DNA of 64,000 nt from Haliotis rufescens (Eukaryota), in contig NW_025963846.1 of assembly GCF_023055435.1 (NCBI RefSeq), positions 8,494,001-8,558,000 on the forward strand, read 5' to 3'. Each line of letters starts with the position of its first letter. Positions within the stretch are counted from its first letter, which is position 1. Of the stretch, positions 52,266 to 64,000 are shown piece by piece. Below the pieces are notes generated by a model. The model did no database searches. It saw only the letters and a list, made by a program, of their open reading frames with translations, and had not been told where the DNA came from. A program made the position numbers and the translations under genes.

Positions 52266-52594
52266 TCATCCGCCAACTTCTAAAAACTGCCTTTCAAACA
52301 ATTCAAGTTTACTGGTTTATTTTAATTTTTATATTGTACGTGACACGATATCTGGACATGCAGTGCTTATTCCTAACATGTCACGTTCATATCCCTAGGT
52401 ATATATATGTGTGCGGTTTCTTTACAAATATACCCACGTCTTCAGTATTGACTTTTCAATTGTTCAATCATGCCGTCGGCTAAAAGCGCAGAGGTCAGAG
52501 GCCCCCGAGCTAGTGTAGAGAGATCTGGGGAGACATTGCAGATCGCTGTTTGAAGCTTTGGCAAATTTCTATTCCAATACGTTGTGCGACATCG

Positions 52595-53078
52595 TGAAGT
52601 CGAGGTAGCTGTATGTGAGGTCGGGGTAGCTGTATGTGGGACATGGTGAGGTCGAGGTAGCTGTATGTGGGACATGGTGAGGTCGGGGTAGCTGTATGTG
52701 AAGTCGGGGTAGCTGTATGTGGAACATGGTGAGGTCGAGGTAGCTGTATGTGGGACATGGTGAGGTCGGGGTAGCTGTATGTGAAGTCGGGGTAGCTGTA
52801 TGTGGAACATGGCGAGGTCGAGATAGCTGTATATGATGTCGAGGTAGCTGTATGTGGGACATGGTGAGGTCGAGGTAGCTGTATGTTGGACATGGTGAGG
52901 TCGAGATTGCTGTATTTGGGACATTGTGATGTCAAGGATACTGTATGTGGGACATGGTGAGGTCGAGGTACAAATGTAGCTGTATGTTGGACATGGTTAG
53001 GTCGAGGTAGCTGTATGTTGGACATGGTGAGGTCAAGGATACTGAATGTGGAACATGGTTAGGTCGAGGTAGCTGTAT
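52595..53078 (+). repeat. Minisatellite of mixed 31-bp and 21-bp units
   Basis: Long unit TGAGGTCGAGGTAGCTGTATGTGGGACATGG. The short unit lacks a 10-bp GGGACATGGT-like block. Confidence 0.92.
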
Positions 53079-53189
53079 ACTATCCACACTGAACACTGAA
53101 TACCAACACCATATACTGCAACATGTAATTATTATATTTTAAGAACATGTGTAAAATTGTAACGCCACTGTAACATCATCAACAAGCAG

Positions 53190-54475
53190 ACGAATATGAA
53201 CACTCTATATGTCCTAACAAACAAAACCAACAAATGTGAATGTGTTTTTAATATTTTTTTCAACATAATCTCCATGCTTTTCAAATACACTTCACACTTC
53301 ACATATTCATAGTGAAGCTTTTCAATTCCAGTCGGGAAGAAGTTTTCTGAAGCCATACTGAAAAACCAATGTAGAGCGGCTTTGAGTGAGTGAGTATGGT
53401 TTTACGCCGCTTTTAGTAATATTCCCGCAATATCACGGCGGGGGACACCAGAAATGGGCTTCACACATTGTACCCATGTCGGGAATAGAAATGGGCTTCA
53501 CGCATTGTACCCATGTCGGGAATCGAACCCGGGTGTTCGGCGTGACGAGCGAACGCTTTAACCCCCCCCCCCCCCCCCCCCCCCACGGCAGCTTTGAGTT
53601 TATTGTCATGAAACAGTAGAACTCCAGCAACTAGCAGTATCTCAGGCGATGAAGAAATCAGCATAGTAGGCACCGGTAATCGCATTTTGACATTCTAAGT
53701 AATCAACAAGGATCACATCCTTTGCATCCCAGAATACAGTGGCCATAACTTTATTCACTGATTTTGAAGACTTGAATTTCTTTGGTGCCGGAGTAGTGGA
53801 ATAGTGCCATTCCATTGATTGACGTTCTGACTCGGTATCATAGTGGTAGATCCATGATTCATCATCCGTTACTAATCATTTTGAATTTGACAAAAATCCT
53901 TCTCACTTACCTCTGAATCTTCTCTGGCCATGTTAGTTCTTTTTTCCTCAACATCAGAATTTAAAACTTTGCCCCCACGAGCAGATATCTTATTCGTCTG
54001 TAAATATGCATGAATAATAGTTTCAATGGATCCATGGCTAAGACCTCCTCAAGTTCAGCAATGGCCATACGTCTATCTGACAGTATAAACTTTCCTATCT
54101 CCTTGATTGTATCTTCATTGATGGAAGTTGAGGGACGTCCAGACATTGGGTCATCATCAAAGCTTTGTCTCTCAGCCTTAAACATAGCTGCCCAACGTTT
54201 AATATTGGAATAGCTTGGGCATTTATTCCCATACACATTTCTTGGGCAGTACTTTTGTCTAAAGTCAAAAACTTGATGACTGCTCGGTACTCGTTCTTTT
54301 CCATTTCTGTGTCCATTTGGACCCATAACACGTTCAACTGGAAGTAACTAATATACAAACGGCCTCAGCAGACCAAATACACTTGCAATGAACTACTCAA
54401 ACAAATGTCCATTTCGCTTTATTATGACCCATAGTTGAAAGTTAGTCAGGCTTAGAACCTTTTCACCCGCCCCCG
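53190..54475 (-). mobile_element. Decayed mariner transposon interrupted by a SINE
   Basis: TA followed by TIR CGGGGGCGGGTGAAAAGGTTCTAAGCCT. Peptides MEKNEYRAVIKFL, VTDDESWIYHYD, KVMATVFWDAKDVILVDYL, GVLLFHDN, GIEKL and GDYVEK occur in order with frameshifts. The YSPDL region is missing. Confidence 0.9.
53388..53587 (-). mobile_element. SINE family A with a 37-bp internal duplication, inserted in the mariner
   Basis: TSD gc(g/a)gctttgagt at 53376-53387 and 53588-53599. Confidence 0.88.
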
Positions 54476-55931
54476 TATTAATCATTTTTTGTTTGTAAAT
54501 ATATTTCTGTCATTTTTTTAAGAAAAAAATATCCATATATTATCACATGCATATATCTGGAAGCGGTTAGTCCCGGTACTGTTCCATACATACACGGTTT
54601 GGGGCAGATGTAATAGACCTAGACTAACGAAACACCATTTCCGTATAAGCTAAGATAAATTATTTCACGGCAGAAACGTCAGGATGCCCTATAGCAGCAT
54701 TGCATGTTGCCTTCACTTGAAGTTTTAATTTATGTTTATAAATGAATAAGTACCCTTCCCCATATTTCCTATTTCACAAGATTTGGTGAAGCTTTATGCT
54801 TATTAAAGATCTGGAATTCTTGTTTTTACTGAGTGATTGCGGAAAGGACATCTAACACGGATTGTATTTGTAATCAGAATAATTTGATAAGTTAAATCTA
54901 ACGTACATGCCACTATTGCATCAGTTTCAATAATTCAAACATCCCAACCCCCAGTGTATATCTTTGGTGTTCATTACCAAGTTTCATGTTAGTATTTTGT
55001 ATTCCGCAAAGCTCTGCAACCAAGACATTGATACACCTCTTCAATCGACACAGCTATTGTTAGAAGCGCTTGTAAATCTTCAGAGCATGTCAACGTTTTA
55101 GGAAATCAAATGAAAGGGGAATAACTCTTCAAACATGTTAGTAGAGCTGTCTCAACCACTGTCCTCTGAAGGTTTACAGTTCGAAACCCTAAATAATTTA
55201 TATCGAAACATTTGCGACAGTGATTTCTTAAGATAACTTTTGAATGATCAAAGTTGCAGATTTGTGAAGCATATTCATACATTGAAATATAACGTGTACT
55301 GACTGCAGTAGTAACACAGTACACTTCGAATTCTCTATCAGGATATATTTCCTAGTCACTTGTAAGATATATGTAACGTTCCTATGGGTGGTTGTGATGT
55401 AAATACCAAACACTTCAATGGGAACATCTCCAGGATACCGGATACCTATATTGTTTGTTTGGTTCATTGCAGGAAGGCGACTTTATATCGTGTGTAGCAT
55501 GATAATACACTGGTAGTTATATTTAGCGGTCAATATCGTTGTACGTGCTTTACCAGCACGAACTGAAAGAAAATGACGTGCAGATGTAGTAATTAAACTG
55601 ATATTAACCTAGTTCGAGATGCATGCACTGCTAAATACAACCGCTCTCAGTCACCGACTGCCGATCCGATTGTGATCAAAACTCAATGATGAAGTTTATT
55701 ACTAGCTAAATGGCTATTTCTGGAACGGGCAAGCAGTAATATTCCTTATTGCCGGAAAGGTTTTTTTTAACTTTATAATCAGTACAGATGCAGCTATCGT
55801 CGTTTATAAATAACCGCGATATTTCGTGATTCTGTTTCAAGTGGCGATGACAATAGAAACCGTTACTAAGGAATGAATTCCAGATTGCTTACCAATATGG
55901 CCAAAGGTATCCGGTATTCTGTAGCCTAGCA

Positions 55932-56210
55932 GGGGGCACGGGTGGCCCAGTCGTCTAAGGCGCCGCGATACGCTGTGCAGAGTTGCGTCCCTTGGGCACG
56001 CCAGAAACCTATGATTGTGGGTTCGAATCCCGGTTCGTCCTGATTATGTTTCTAGGTTTGTCAGCACCATACCCATGCTCGTGGGTTTCACCGAAGTGGT
56101 AAACGTCTGAGACCTGCATCACTTCGGGCTTTCCTCCCACATTAAGCTGAAACGCCGTGATATAACTGGAATACTGTTAAAAGCGGCATAAAACCCAACT
56201 CACTCACTCA
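55932..56210 (+). mobile_element. SINE family B reference copy (tRNA-Leu-like head, V-domain-like core)
   Basis: TGGCCCAGTCGTCTAAGGCGC, B box GGTTCGAATCC, GTGGGTTTC...CTTTCCTCCCACA and an (ACTC)n tail. Confidence 0.88.
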
Positions 56211-56274
56211 ATCTGTAATATAACCCTTTAATGTGTACTGACTTCAGACAGGTATCGTTGAAAGTTGAAAGGTC

Positions 56275-56434
56275 ATAGACTTGACAGTGATCAGGCTCAG
56301 TGACTGGGTTGATACATGTCATCGGATCCTCATGATGTCAATCAATGTGTTGTCTAGTCCAGACTTGATTATTTATAGGCCACAGTCATATAGATGGACT
56401 ATTGCTTAGAGCTTAGTTAAACAACAAACAAACA
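56275..56434 (+). mobile_element. Family D, headless degenerate copy
   Basis: tcaggctcagtgactgggttgatacatgtcatcg...gttaaacaacaaacaaac. Confidence 0.65.
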
Positions 56435-57014
56435 TACACTGTAGCCATTATGATCACATAATCCACGTCTCGAACGATAACGAGCAGTCCACACAACCGC
56501 GGCTACCCTACAAGAAAATCTATTGAATACATCCCAGTAGTAGACCTTTAGAGATCATGATATCCCGGTGTAATCTCAACTTATAATCACCGAGGTAGGA
56601 TTTCTAATGAGTTACCAATTATTTTTCAAACACACTACACAACTACGCTTGAAAACTATCGCGATTTTGTAAGGTACCGATGGTGTTAGGATCTCGACCA
56701 GATCCCGACCAGATCCCGACGGATTCCGACCTGGTTACTATCGGATGGCGATCGGGTCGCGACAGGATAGCAGTCTCTTCAGTCATCCTCTGAGACTAAA
56801 GCTTGAATACGTCAAAAGAAAGAGTATGTCCAAACCGGTGCTGTTGTCATCTGCGATTCCGTCTGTTGGACAACAATAACCAAAAAAGTTCATTATATAA
56901 CTTGTCGAAACATTTACCGATACTGTGGTCCTTGATGCCTGATATATTCCAGTTGCCCCGGAAAATTCGGGTAAGAATCGATCTTCAGCAGTTCAGCAGC
57001 AAAGATTCGAGGTA

Positions 57015-57123
57015 AGATGCCAAGCAATCAACCGAGTCACTGAGTCTGACCATCCGATCTATTGAGTCGCTTCATATGACCAGCAGAGGTTGTTAGGGAC
57101 ACACTCTAACCTGGAACCCCTAC
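57015..57123 (-). mobile_element. Family D 5' part, old copy
   Basis: Minus strand reads taggggttccaggttagagtgtgtccctaacaacct...gcgactcaatagatcggatggtcag. Confidence 0.55.
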
Positions 57124-57237
57124 AAATAAATAATATGACCTGTGTGTTGAGTCTTGATATTGAGACAGTGCCCTCTCTTTAATTGTTGGTCGAGAAAATG
57201 CTTTTCTATTGAGGGTGGCCCTACGCATTAGTAACCA

Positions 57238-57455
57238 GTACCCCCGTGCTTGTCTTAAGAGGTGACTAACGGGATCGGATGCTCAGGCTCTCTGATTTGG
57301 TTGATGCATGTAATCGTATCCCATTTGCATAAAGCGATACTTATGATGTCAATCACTGGATTGTCTGGTCCAGTCTCGATTAGTTACAGACCAACGTCAT
57401 AAAGCTGGAATATTCCTGATGGATGCGTTAAACAACTAACAAACAAACAAACAAA
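57238..57455 (+). mobile_element. Family D copy
   Basis: gcttgtcttaagaggtgactaacgggatcgg...gcgttaaacaac followed by (aaac)n. Confidence 0.8.
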
Positions 57456-57572
57456 CGAGTACACATACATCATGAACCTGTGGTGGAAGTATTCTAAACT
57501 GGGCGGCAAAAGAAAGTATAGGTCGAGTTCCATGATCGATTAAAATAACAAGAAGAGGTTTTGTTGTGAATT

Positions 57573-57898
57573 ATAGTATAATCTAAGGAGGCGTAACAAA
57601 TGATTGATCAACCACAGTTTGAATGAAAGTGTGCAATCACAGGTAATGTAAGCTCAAGGTAAACAATAGTGGGGTAAGAAATTTCATTTTCAAAAGTTGT
57701 CTGAAATGTCACCAAAAAATTGTCAGACACACTACAAGTTCATTGTCGACACAGTTGCCTTCAATAGCGTGTATGACCTCCAGCTGCCTCAATGCATGCT
57801 GTGGTACGCCGCCTCATCGATGACGTCAGTCTTCTGATGACGTGGACTGGAATCCGTTGCCACCCGTCTCTCAGGGCCTGCTGCAATTCTTGTGTGTT
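57573..57898 (-). mobile_element. Tc1 transposon 3' fragment
   Basis: Peptide QELQQALRDGWQRIPVHVIRRLTSSMRRRTTACIEAAGGHTRY* is a typical Tc1 C-terminus. Confidence 0.8.
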
Positions 57899-58014
57899 GT
57901 TAGACGACTGGGCCACCCGTGCCCCCAGGAAATTTCCATTATTGGAGCAACAATGTTTGTCTATATGATGTTCCGGATTTCATAACACACGGATGTCGTG
58001 CAGATGGTCATTTC

Positions 58015-58282
58015 AATATCTGTTGAGACCACCACGTGCTTACATAACCGCACGGCAGCGTCAAGGCATGGACCGCACGTATTAGTTTCTGAAGTTTGGC
58101 CTGGTAATACTTTTTCATTTCTCCTGCAGTGTTCGAGCCAGTTAATGAAGTGTTACAGGCTGTGGTTGACGCTGTCGTAGACGTCGGTCGAGTTCGTCCC
58201 AAAGATGCTCAATTGGGTTCAAATCTGGCATTCTAGATGGCCAGGGAAGCACATTTACGTTATTATTGGCTAGAAAGGCTCC
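58015..58282 (-). mobile_element. Second Tc1 transposase fragment (DD34E glutamate region)
   Basis: LPWPSRMPDLNPIEHLWDELDRRL, then decayed SMP.RC.AV..ARGG..RY. Confidence 0.85.
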
Positions 58283-58689
58283 CCCTAAAAAAGAAACGCA
58301 TTCATCAGCAAAGCATTGACTTCTATCTGAGAAGGCTTTGAATCTATTCTTCTTCTTCTTCTTCTTCTTCAACAGCAGTTATTTTTGGACCGTTTTATTA
58401 ATCATTTTGCTCATCCATCAAAGACAAAACCTCAAGTAGTAACGTCTAGTGGTTACGTAAAATCTTCCTGGCAAGTGTAATTAAGGGACGCTACTCTTGA
58501 CGCTACGTGACGTAGAAATATTGAGTGGAAATGAAGTTGTGCCCCTTTGTCCTAGCAGACGATCTGGTCATAAATCTACTATCATGATGACTGTTTTCAA
58601 TGATCGTTATCAGTAAAAAATACCATATCTTTACAAAGATATCTTTACACGAGTATATGATTAGTAACGAGTATTCTTGGGAATGTGTT

Positions 58690-60160
58690 AGGAAATGAGC
58701 TAAAATACGAGATAAGATTCATAAAATTCAAGCTGGGTTTAGAACGAATTACTCAACGTCAGATGATATATTCACATTACGTGCAATAATCCAAATATGT
58801 CTATCGCGCCGTCAACACAAAGTGTATGTAGCCTTTGTCGATTAAAAAACCCTTTTGACTTCGTTGATCGTTATAAACAAACGCTGTTAACGAACTACTG
58901 GTCAGCAGGGGTAAATGAACTCTATATTAAAAGCTACATGTATGTACTCAAATATCAAATCATGTGTACGATGTGGTGACGATGTAACCGATTTCTTTGA
59001 CTGCCATGTTGGCTTACGACAAGGATGTATCTTCAGTCCGATATTGTTCTCATGTTTTATTGGTGAATTGTATTATAAAATTACGACTAACGGTGTTCTT
59101 TTTGCCGATGGAAATTATCAGTTAATGGCGATAAAACAAATATTGTCATTTTTAGAAGAGGGGGTCAGGTGGCATTCAATGAAAGATGTTTTTTGATGGT
59201 AAATGTGTTAATGTCATTATACATGGTGTAATGTTTACCCATACAATAAACTTCAGGAAAAGTGTTTCGAACTTAACATCACGTGCTAAGAAGTCCTTAA
59301 TTAATATAATGTCTCTTTCGCAGACAGTGGGAGCTTTTTCATCGAATATATGTTTTAATCATTTGATGCCCAAATCAAACCAATCCTGTTATATGGATCA
59401 GAAGGATGAGGATCTTAGCGATACGACTGTCTCGAAAAGCTACGCTTTTACCCTGTAAACAAATCTTATCTGTTGGTCCATTAACACCCAGTTGTATGGT
59501 CTATGGTGAGTGTGGCAGATACCCGTTATACACCAACTCCCAAATTAGATGCTTGAAATACTGGTTCTTGGAATGCATGAACGCCGAATGTCCATACATG
59601 CTTATAATATGCTTGTACATTCATATGACATGGGCAAAGTAACATGGTCATCACATATAAGAAATCCTTTGTTTTCTCATGGCTACCGCTTTGTATGGTT
59701 AAACCAAGCTGTTGGTGATGTTAAACTCTTTTTGAAACAAGTTCGTGAACAATCTATAACTATATTTTACCAATACAGAAAACAGTTCAAGGTATGACTT
59801 GTATAGAACGTTTAAGAGTCTTATTCAACCAGAAAAAAAATACTTAACTATATTAACATCAAGAACCCATCGACGTCCATTTATTCAATTTAGGCTTGGA
59901 TTGTTGGATCTCACGATAAATGAAGGAAGAAACATGTCCACTGAAAAGTCGAAGAGGTTATGCCCATTATGTAATTCAGCTACAGAAAATGAATTTTATT
60001 TACTTTTGTATGTCCTTCTTATTGTGATCTTAGAAACAAGCTAATTGTCAAATTATCCTGTACCTGCTTTTATTTCTTTTCCCTCTTCAAAAGATGCTGC
60101 TGTCATATTACAAATGGCTACACATGTTAAAATGCATTGTCTCTCAGAAACGAATTGCTA
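58690..60160 (+). mobile_element. Decayed non-LTR retrotransposon ORF2 (RTE-X/L2-like)
   Basis: QAGFRTNYSTSDDIFTL, FDFVDR, GLRQGCIFSPILF, LFAD, MVYGECGRYPL, FRLG and RLCPLCNSATENEFYLLL occur in order, with frameshifts and deletions. Confidence 0.85.
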
Positions 60161-60421
60161 TACATTAGTATATATCCAAATATGTCCATATGACTAAGAC
60201 ATGTTAGCAGCCAACATAGTAAAAAACATAAATGTTTGACGAATCAGAGAAAATACATCTGAAAGTTTCTTACATGATGGTTTATGAAAGTACAATGCCC
60301 GGTTTAATGAATCGGAATATATTCTCATGTCAGGTCAAAATACATTGTTACCTTTTGATATATTAGAAAGTATTAATGTAAGCAGTCATACACCAAACAA
60401 TTAGGTTATTAATTTTTCATA

Positions 60422-60605
60422 CCTAGTCGTTTTAGGCGCTACAAAGTCGCTGTACAGGGTGACGTCCAGGCCCGCCCGAAACCTATGAGTGTGGGTTCGG
60501 ATCCGGATCCGCTCTGAAGTGGTTTATGTTTGGCAGCACCAAACCCGTGGTCGTGGATTTCAGTTGTAAAAGTCTTAGACATGCATCACTTTGGGCTTTC
60601 TCCCA
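60422..60605 (+). mobile_element. SINE family B, degenerate
   Basis: gtgggttcggatcc and gcatcactttgggctttctccca. Confidence 0.7.
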
Positions 60606-61392
60606 AAAGAAAGAAATTAACTAACTTGTAATGCCTCCTGTCCTTGACTAAAAACAACTTAGACAATATTTTGTTAAAATGGCTCTACAACAGTTCCCAA
60701 AAGTAGATGACTTATCTCCCATCGATCTTTTGTACACATGCACACCATTAGGAACATTATGTAGATTAGTTTAATAATTGGCTGCCTGATTTAGAACCCA
60801 CAGACCTTTATATCGGAAAGAATTTTTATGTTGTAACGAAAGCAATCGTTTTATCTATCCTCGACGCTCTGTTTTAGCAAATAGTTTCATTACGTAAAAC
60901 GACCTGTCTATTTGCCGCTGCTGCATTCTCTTCGAAAGAAATAACTATTCAAATAATGACACAATGCAGTGGAAAAAAACCAAATAAAAATAGAAAGAAT
61001 ATCGTAAAAACTACAAGTAAATGATTGCGATAAGTCACATTTCAGCATGGAGTCGAATTCCATGTAATTTTTATTAGGTAGTTAAAAATGCACCTATTTT
61101 TCTTTTATTAGGAAAGTTGTTGCAGATAAGCGAAGTTCCAAAGGCCCGTAGCTAGTATGTTATGCATAGTATGCTATATATCCCGAGCAGACGCGACAGG
61201 TGGACACTGGTGGCTCAGTTGTCGAGGTCACCGCAGTTTAATGTGGATAGGTTTCTTTGCCATAACATCGCAATATATCACAACATCTGTGGGTTTTAAA
61301 CGAACAAGATCTGTGTCACCTTCAGCTTTCCCTCCACAAGCTTAGTCATTTATGTATACTGAGTTTGTTCAGCAGAGGCTCTAACTGTTTCA

Positions 61393-61650
61393 ACGGGTGG
61401 CCCAGTCGTCTAAGGCGCCACAATCCGCTGTCCAGGTTTACGTCCCTTGACCCGCCAGAAACGTTCGAATCCGGGTTCCGCTCTGAATTTGTTTCTATGT
61501 TTGTTAAAACCATACCTGTGCTCGTGGATTTCACCAAAGTGGAAAACGTCTGAGACCTGCATCACTTTGGGCTTTCTCCCACATCAAGCTGACACGCATT
61601 GATATAACTGGAATACTGTTAAACGCGGCGTTTAACCTAACTTACCTCAC
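61393..61650 (+). mobile_element. SINE family B
   Basis: Head acgggtggcccagtcgtctaaggcgcc and tail gatataactggaatactgttaaacgcggcg. Confidence 0.85.
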
Positions 61651-61689
61651 ATATGACTCATTAAGTAATTCATTCATTGTTCACTATCA

Positions 61690-61830
61690 ATAGCCATGTG
61701 GTTAAAGCGTTCGCTCGTCACACCGAAGGCCTGGGTTGGATTCCCCTCATGGTTACAATGTGTGAAGCACATTTCCGATGCCCCCCGCATTGATGTAGCT
61801 GGAATATTACCAAAGGTGGCGCAACTCACT
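61690..61830 (+). mobile_element. SINE family A, diverged
   Basis: gtggttaaagcgttcgctcgtcacaccgaag...tacaatgtgtgaagc. Confidence 0.75.
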
Positions 61831-64000
61831 ACTTTTCTGGCTTTAACACTGTTAATCTACTTACATTTATCGCTTAACAGTGGGACGCTAAACGTTAGGG
61901 TCTTCAAGACATATAGCGAACGAAGTACAAAACATGATTTACTGGGGTCTGGCGTTGTCATGTTGATAGGGCTTCACGTAGCAGCTGGTGTGTAGAAATA
62001 GTAGGATAATCGGAGAAGAATGTCATCTATGTAACGCTGAGCTGTCACATTTCCGTTAAAGATGACCAGTGGTGTTCTCTCCTACCCATAAATGCTTCTC
62101 CACACCCCCACTGAACAGAAAGAAACGGCTTTCATGAGTGTAGACGACCCTCTGCCAGTCATGTCGCTGCGAACAACGTACAGTCTCTGTCAATAACTGT
62201 CAATAACTATCTGTAAGCCCTAATTCCTTGAGCCTTGAGTTGCCTGGCCACTGTCTGTCGACTAATGCCCTAAGGCATTTGTCGCTGATGACGTCACTGT
62301 CAGGAATCGATTCCAGAGATGCAAAGTACGCAAGTACCGGTATTCATTGGGTGCAGTTACCCTGGGTCTGCCTGTTCATGGCCTGTCTGGCCCAGGGTCC
62401 GCACGCGTTGCTCTGGTGTCAATCGTGGCATTTCTGTGGTGTTGTTTTTTATCTGTGTGAGTGTCTGACTTGCCGTCCGTATAATTCATATACCCTTATT
62501 GCACGTGTAGTTTCGGCCTCCCAAGCGGCACTAGTTTTTATTTTTTTCTAAAGTTAGTTTGAACTTTTGTTTTTAATTCTTTGCAAATTCAAATTCATCA
62601 ATAAGTTTCATTTGGCCGTCAGTTTATAATAATAAATAAAAATATTTGAATTTTTTTTTTCCTAATGGTTTACACACAAATTAATGTTGACGGTTTGTCC
62701 TGAATAAAATGTGTTGTGGATCCGAAGAAGAACTCTTTAGCTCATCCAATCAGGGTGAACTGATGGCTGGCAGCACTGCCTGAACCATATTCTTTGACGA
62801 AAATCCCATGGAAATGATAAACGAGTCACACCATCCGTGTACGATGGTAAACATCCACCGAGGCCACAGTGTGGATGGGACTTGTTATGACATTAATTAC
62901 ATACTACCAAGGCAAACCTCACGCCCTGGACACTTTCTGGGACAGAATCATGTACTGTTCAGTATGTAGAAGAAAGAGTACTTGATGCATACTTCTTTGT
63001 CAAGAAATATTCAGTGCTTAAATACTCCCCATCACTCTGTTGGGTGTTTTTATCCACATCGATGATTTATTTGGGGTGACAAAAATGTATATGATGGTTG
63101 TATGATCCTGTGAGTATATTGTACAGGGAGGTGGCTCAACAAACGGTTCAGCGATGTAGCCGCATGTCTTTGGGAGGAGCACTTTAAGACCAGTGCAGAA
63201 ACACTACCACATAGCATCCCGTGTATCTATCAGCAGATTAAATACCTTCACGTCATGTAGATGCGCACTATGCTATGGGCTGAGGCTGGGGCGTTATTTG
63301 TGTTGGGATTTTGATTGTTTCCTTTAGAGATTGTGGTATTATATATTGGTGTGTCTAGGATTTCATGGTGTTTGTCATATACTTAGAGTATTCGTTGCTA
63401 TATAGTTTCCTCCTGCATAACGTTCTCACTTCGAGACACACCTTTCTAAGAGCATTGGAATGAAGTCCAAACAACCCTGCCTGTTTTTTATAGAGCCATC
63501 CTTGTGGCTTGTTTAGGAATTCTTAAACCAGATACCACATTTTCTTACTTCTTTTACTTCAAACTTCATCTTATGTCCCCAATATATTGATTTCCATGCA
63601 ATTAACTTTTTCTATACCTGTCAAAAAACGATAATGTCAGAAACACTATGAATTTCTCCACACATAAGAATGATTTAAAAACAATATCACAGAGCAATAG
63701 TTCAGTCAGCAGTTCTACAAACATGGCTATTCTTCAATCAGTTCACGATTTCACTGTCAAAACCAAAGAATTGAGTAGCTTAATTCTATCCATATAGTAA
63801 TGGAAAACTGCATTATTTTATTTCACAGACACCAATGCTTCAATGCAATGGCTTCATTTATTTAATTAGCGCATTTTGTATGCTTACATTTAGCATACAT
63901 GTTTATCTTATACAATACCAGCTGTTATTACGTTATCACCTGGATCCAGATTTCTTTTGAAGTAGAAATATGTAGAAGTAGAAGTATGTATGTATGTATG

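Noticed and set aside
52442-53025. Repetitive ORFs on the minus strand
   Set aside because: Translations of the 31/21-bp minisatellite.
62690-63420. Possibly decayed coding sequence on the minus strand
   Set aside because: Multiple stops and no motif I can recognise.

Overview
AT-rich, repeat-dense animal genomic DNA, not prokaryotic, with two N gaps. The SINE repertoire suggests a mollusc, probably an abalone-like gastropod (inference from recalled repeat families). One convincing protein-coding gene is present: a two-exon secreted chitin deacetylase-like protein (join 45080..45899,47508..48472, 594 aa). It has a signal peptide, a CBM14/peritrophin-A chitin-binding domain, a Ser/Gly low-complexity linker and an intact CE4/NodB deacetylase domain, plus a TATA box and a poly(A) signal. 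The rest is a mosaic of mobile DNA: three tRNA-headed SINE families (called A, B and E here), a retroposon with a non-tRNA structured head (D), a Penelope-associated dispersed repeat (C), MITEs, decayed mariner, Tc1, MULE and LINE copies, a Crypton-like hairpin element, and several minisatellites including a 3.2-kb two-variant 22-bp array. The most interesting signals are the deacetylase architecture, a candidate U3-A8 minimal hammerhead ribozyme next to an inverted terminal repeat, apparently conserved RNA folds in families C and D, a 3' stem-loop shared by four retroposon families, and a long DNA hairpin with three tandem G.A mismatches. Family letters are my own labels and no database searches were run.
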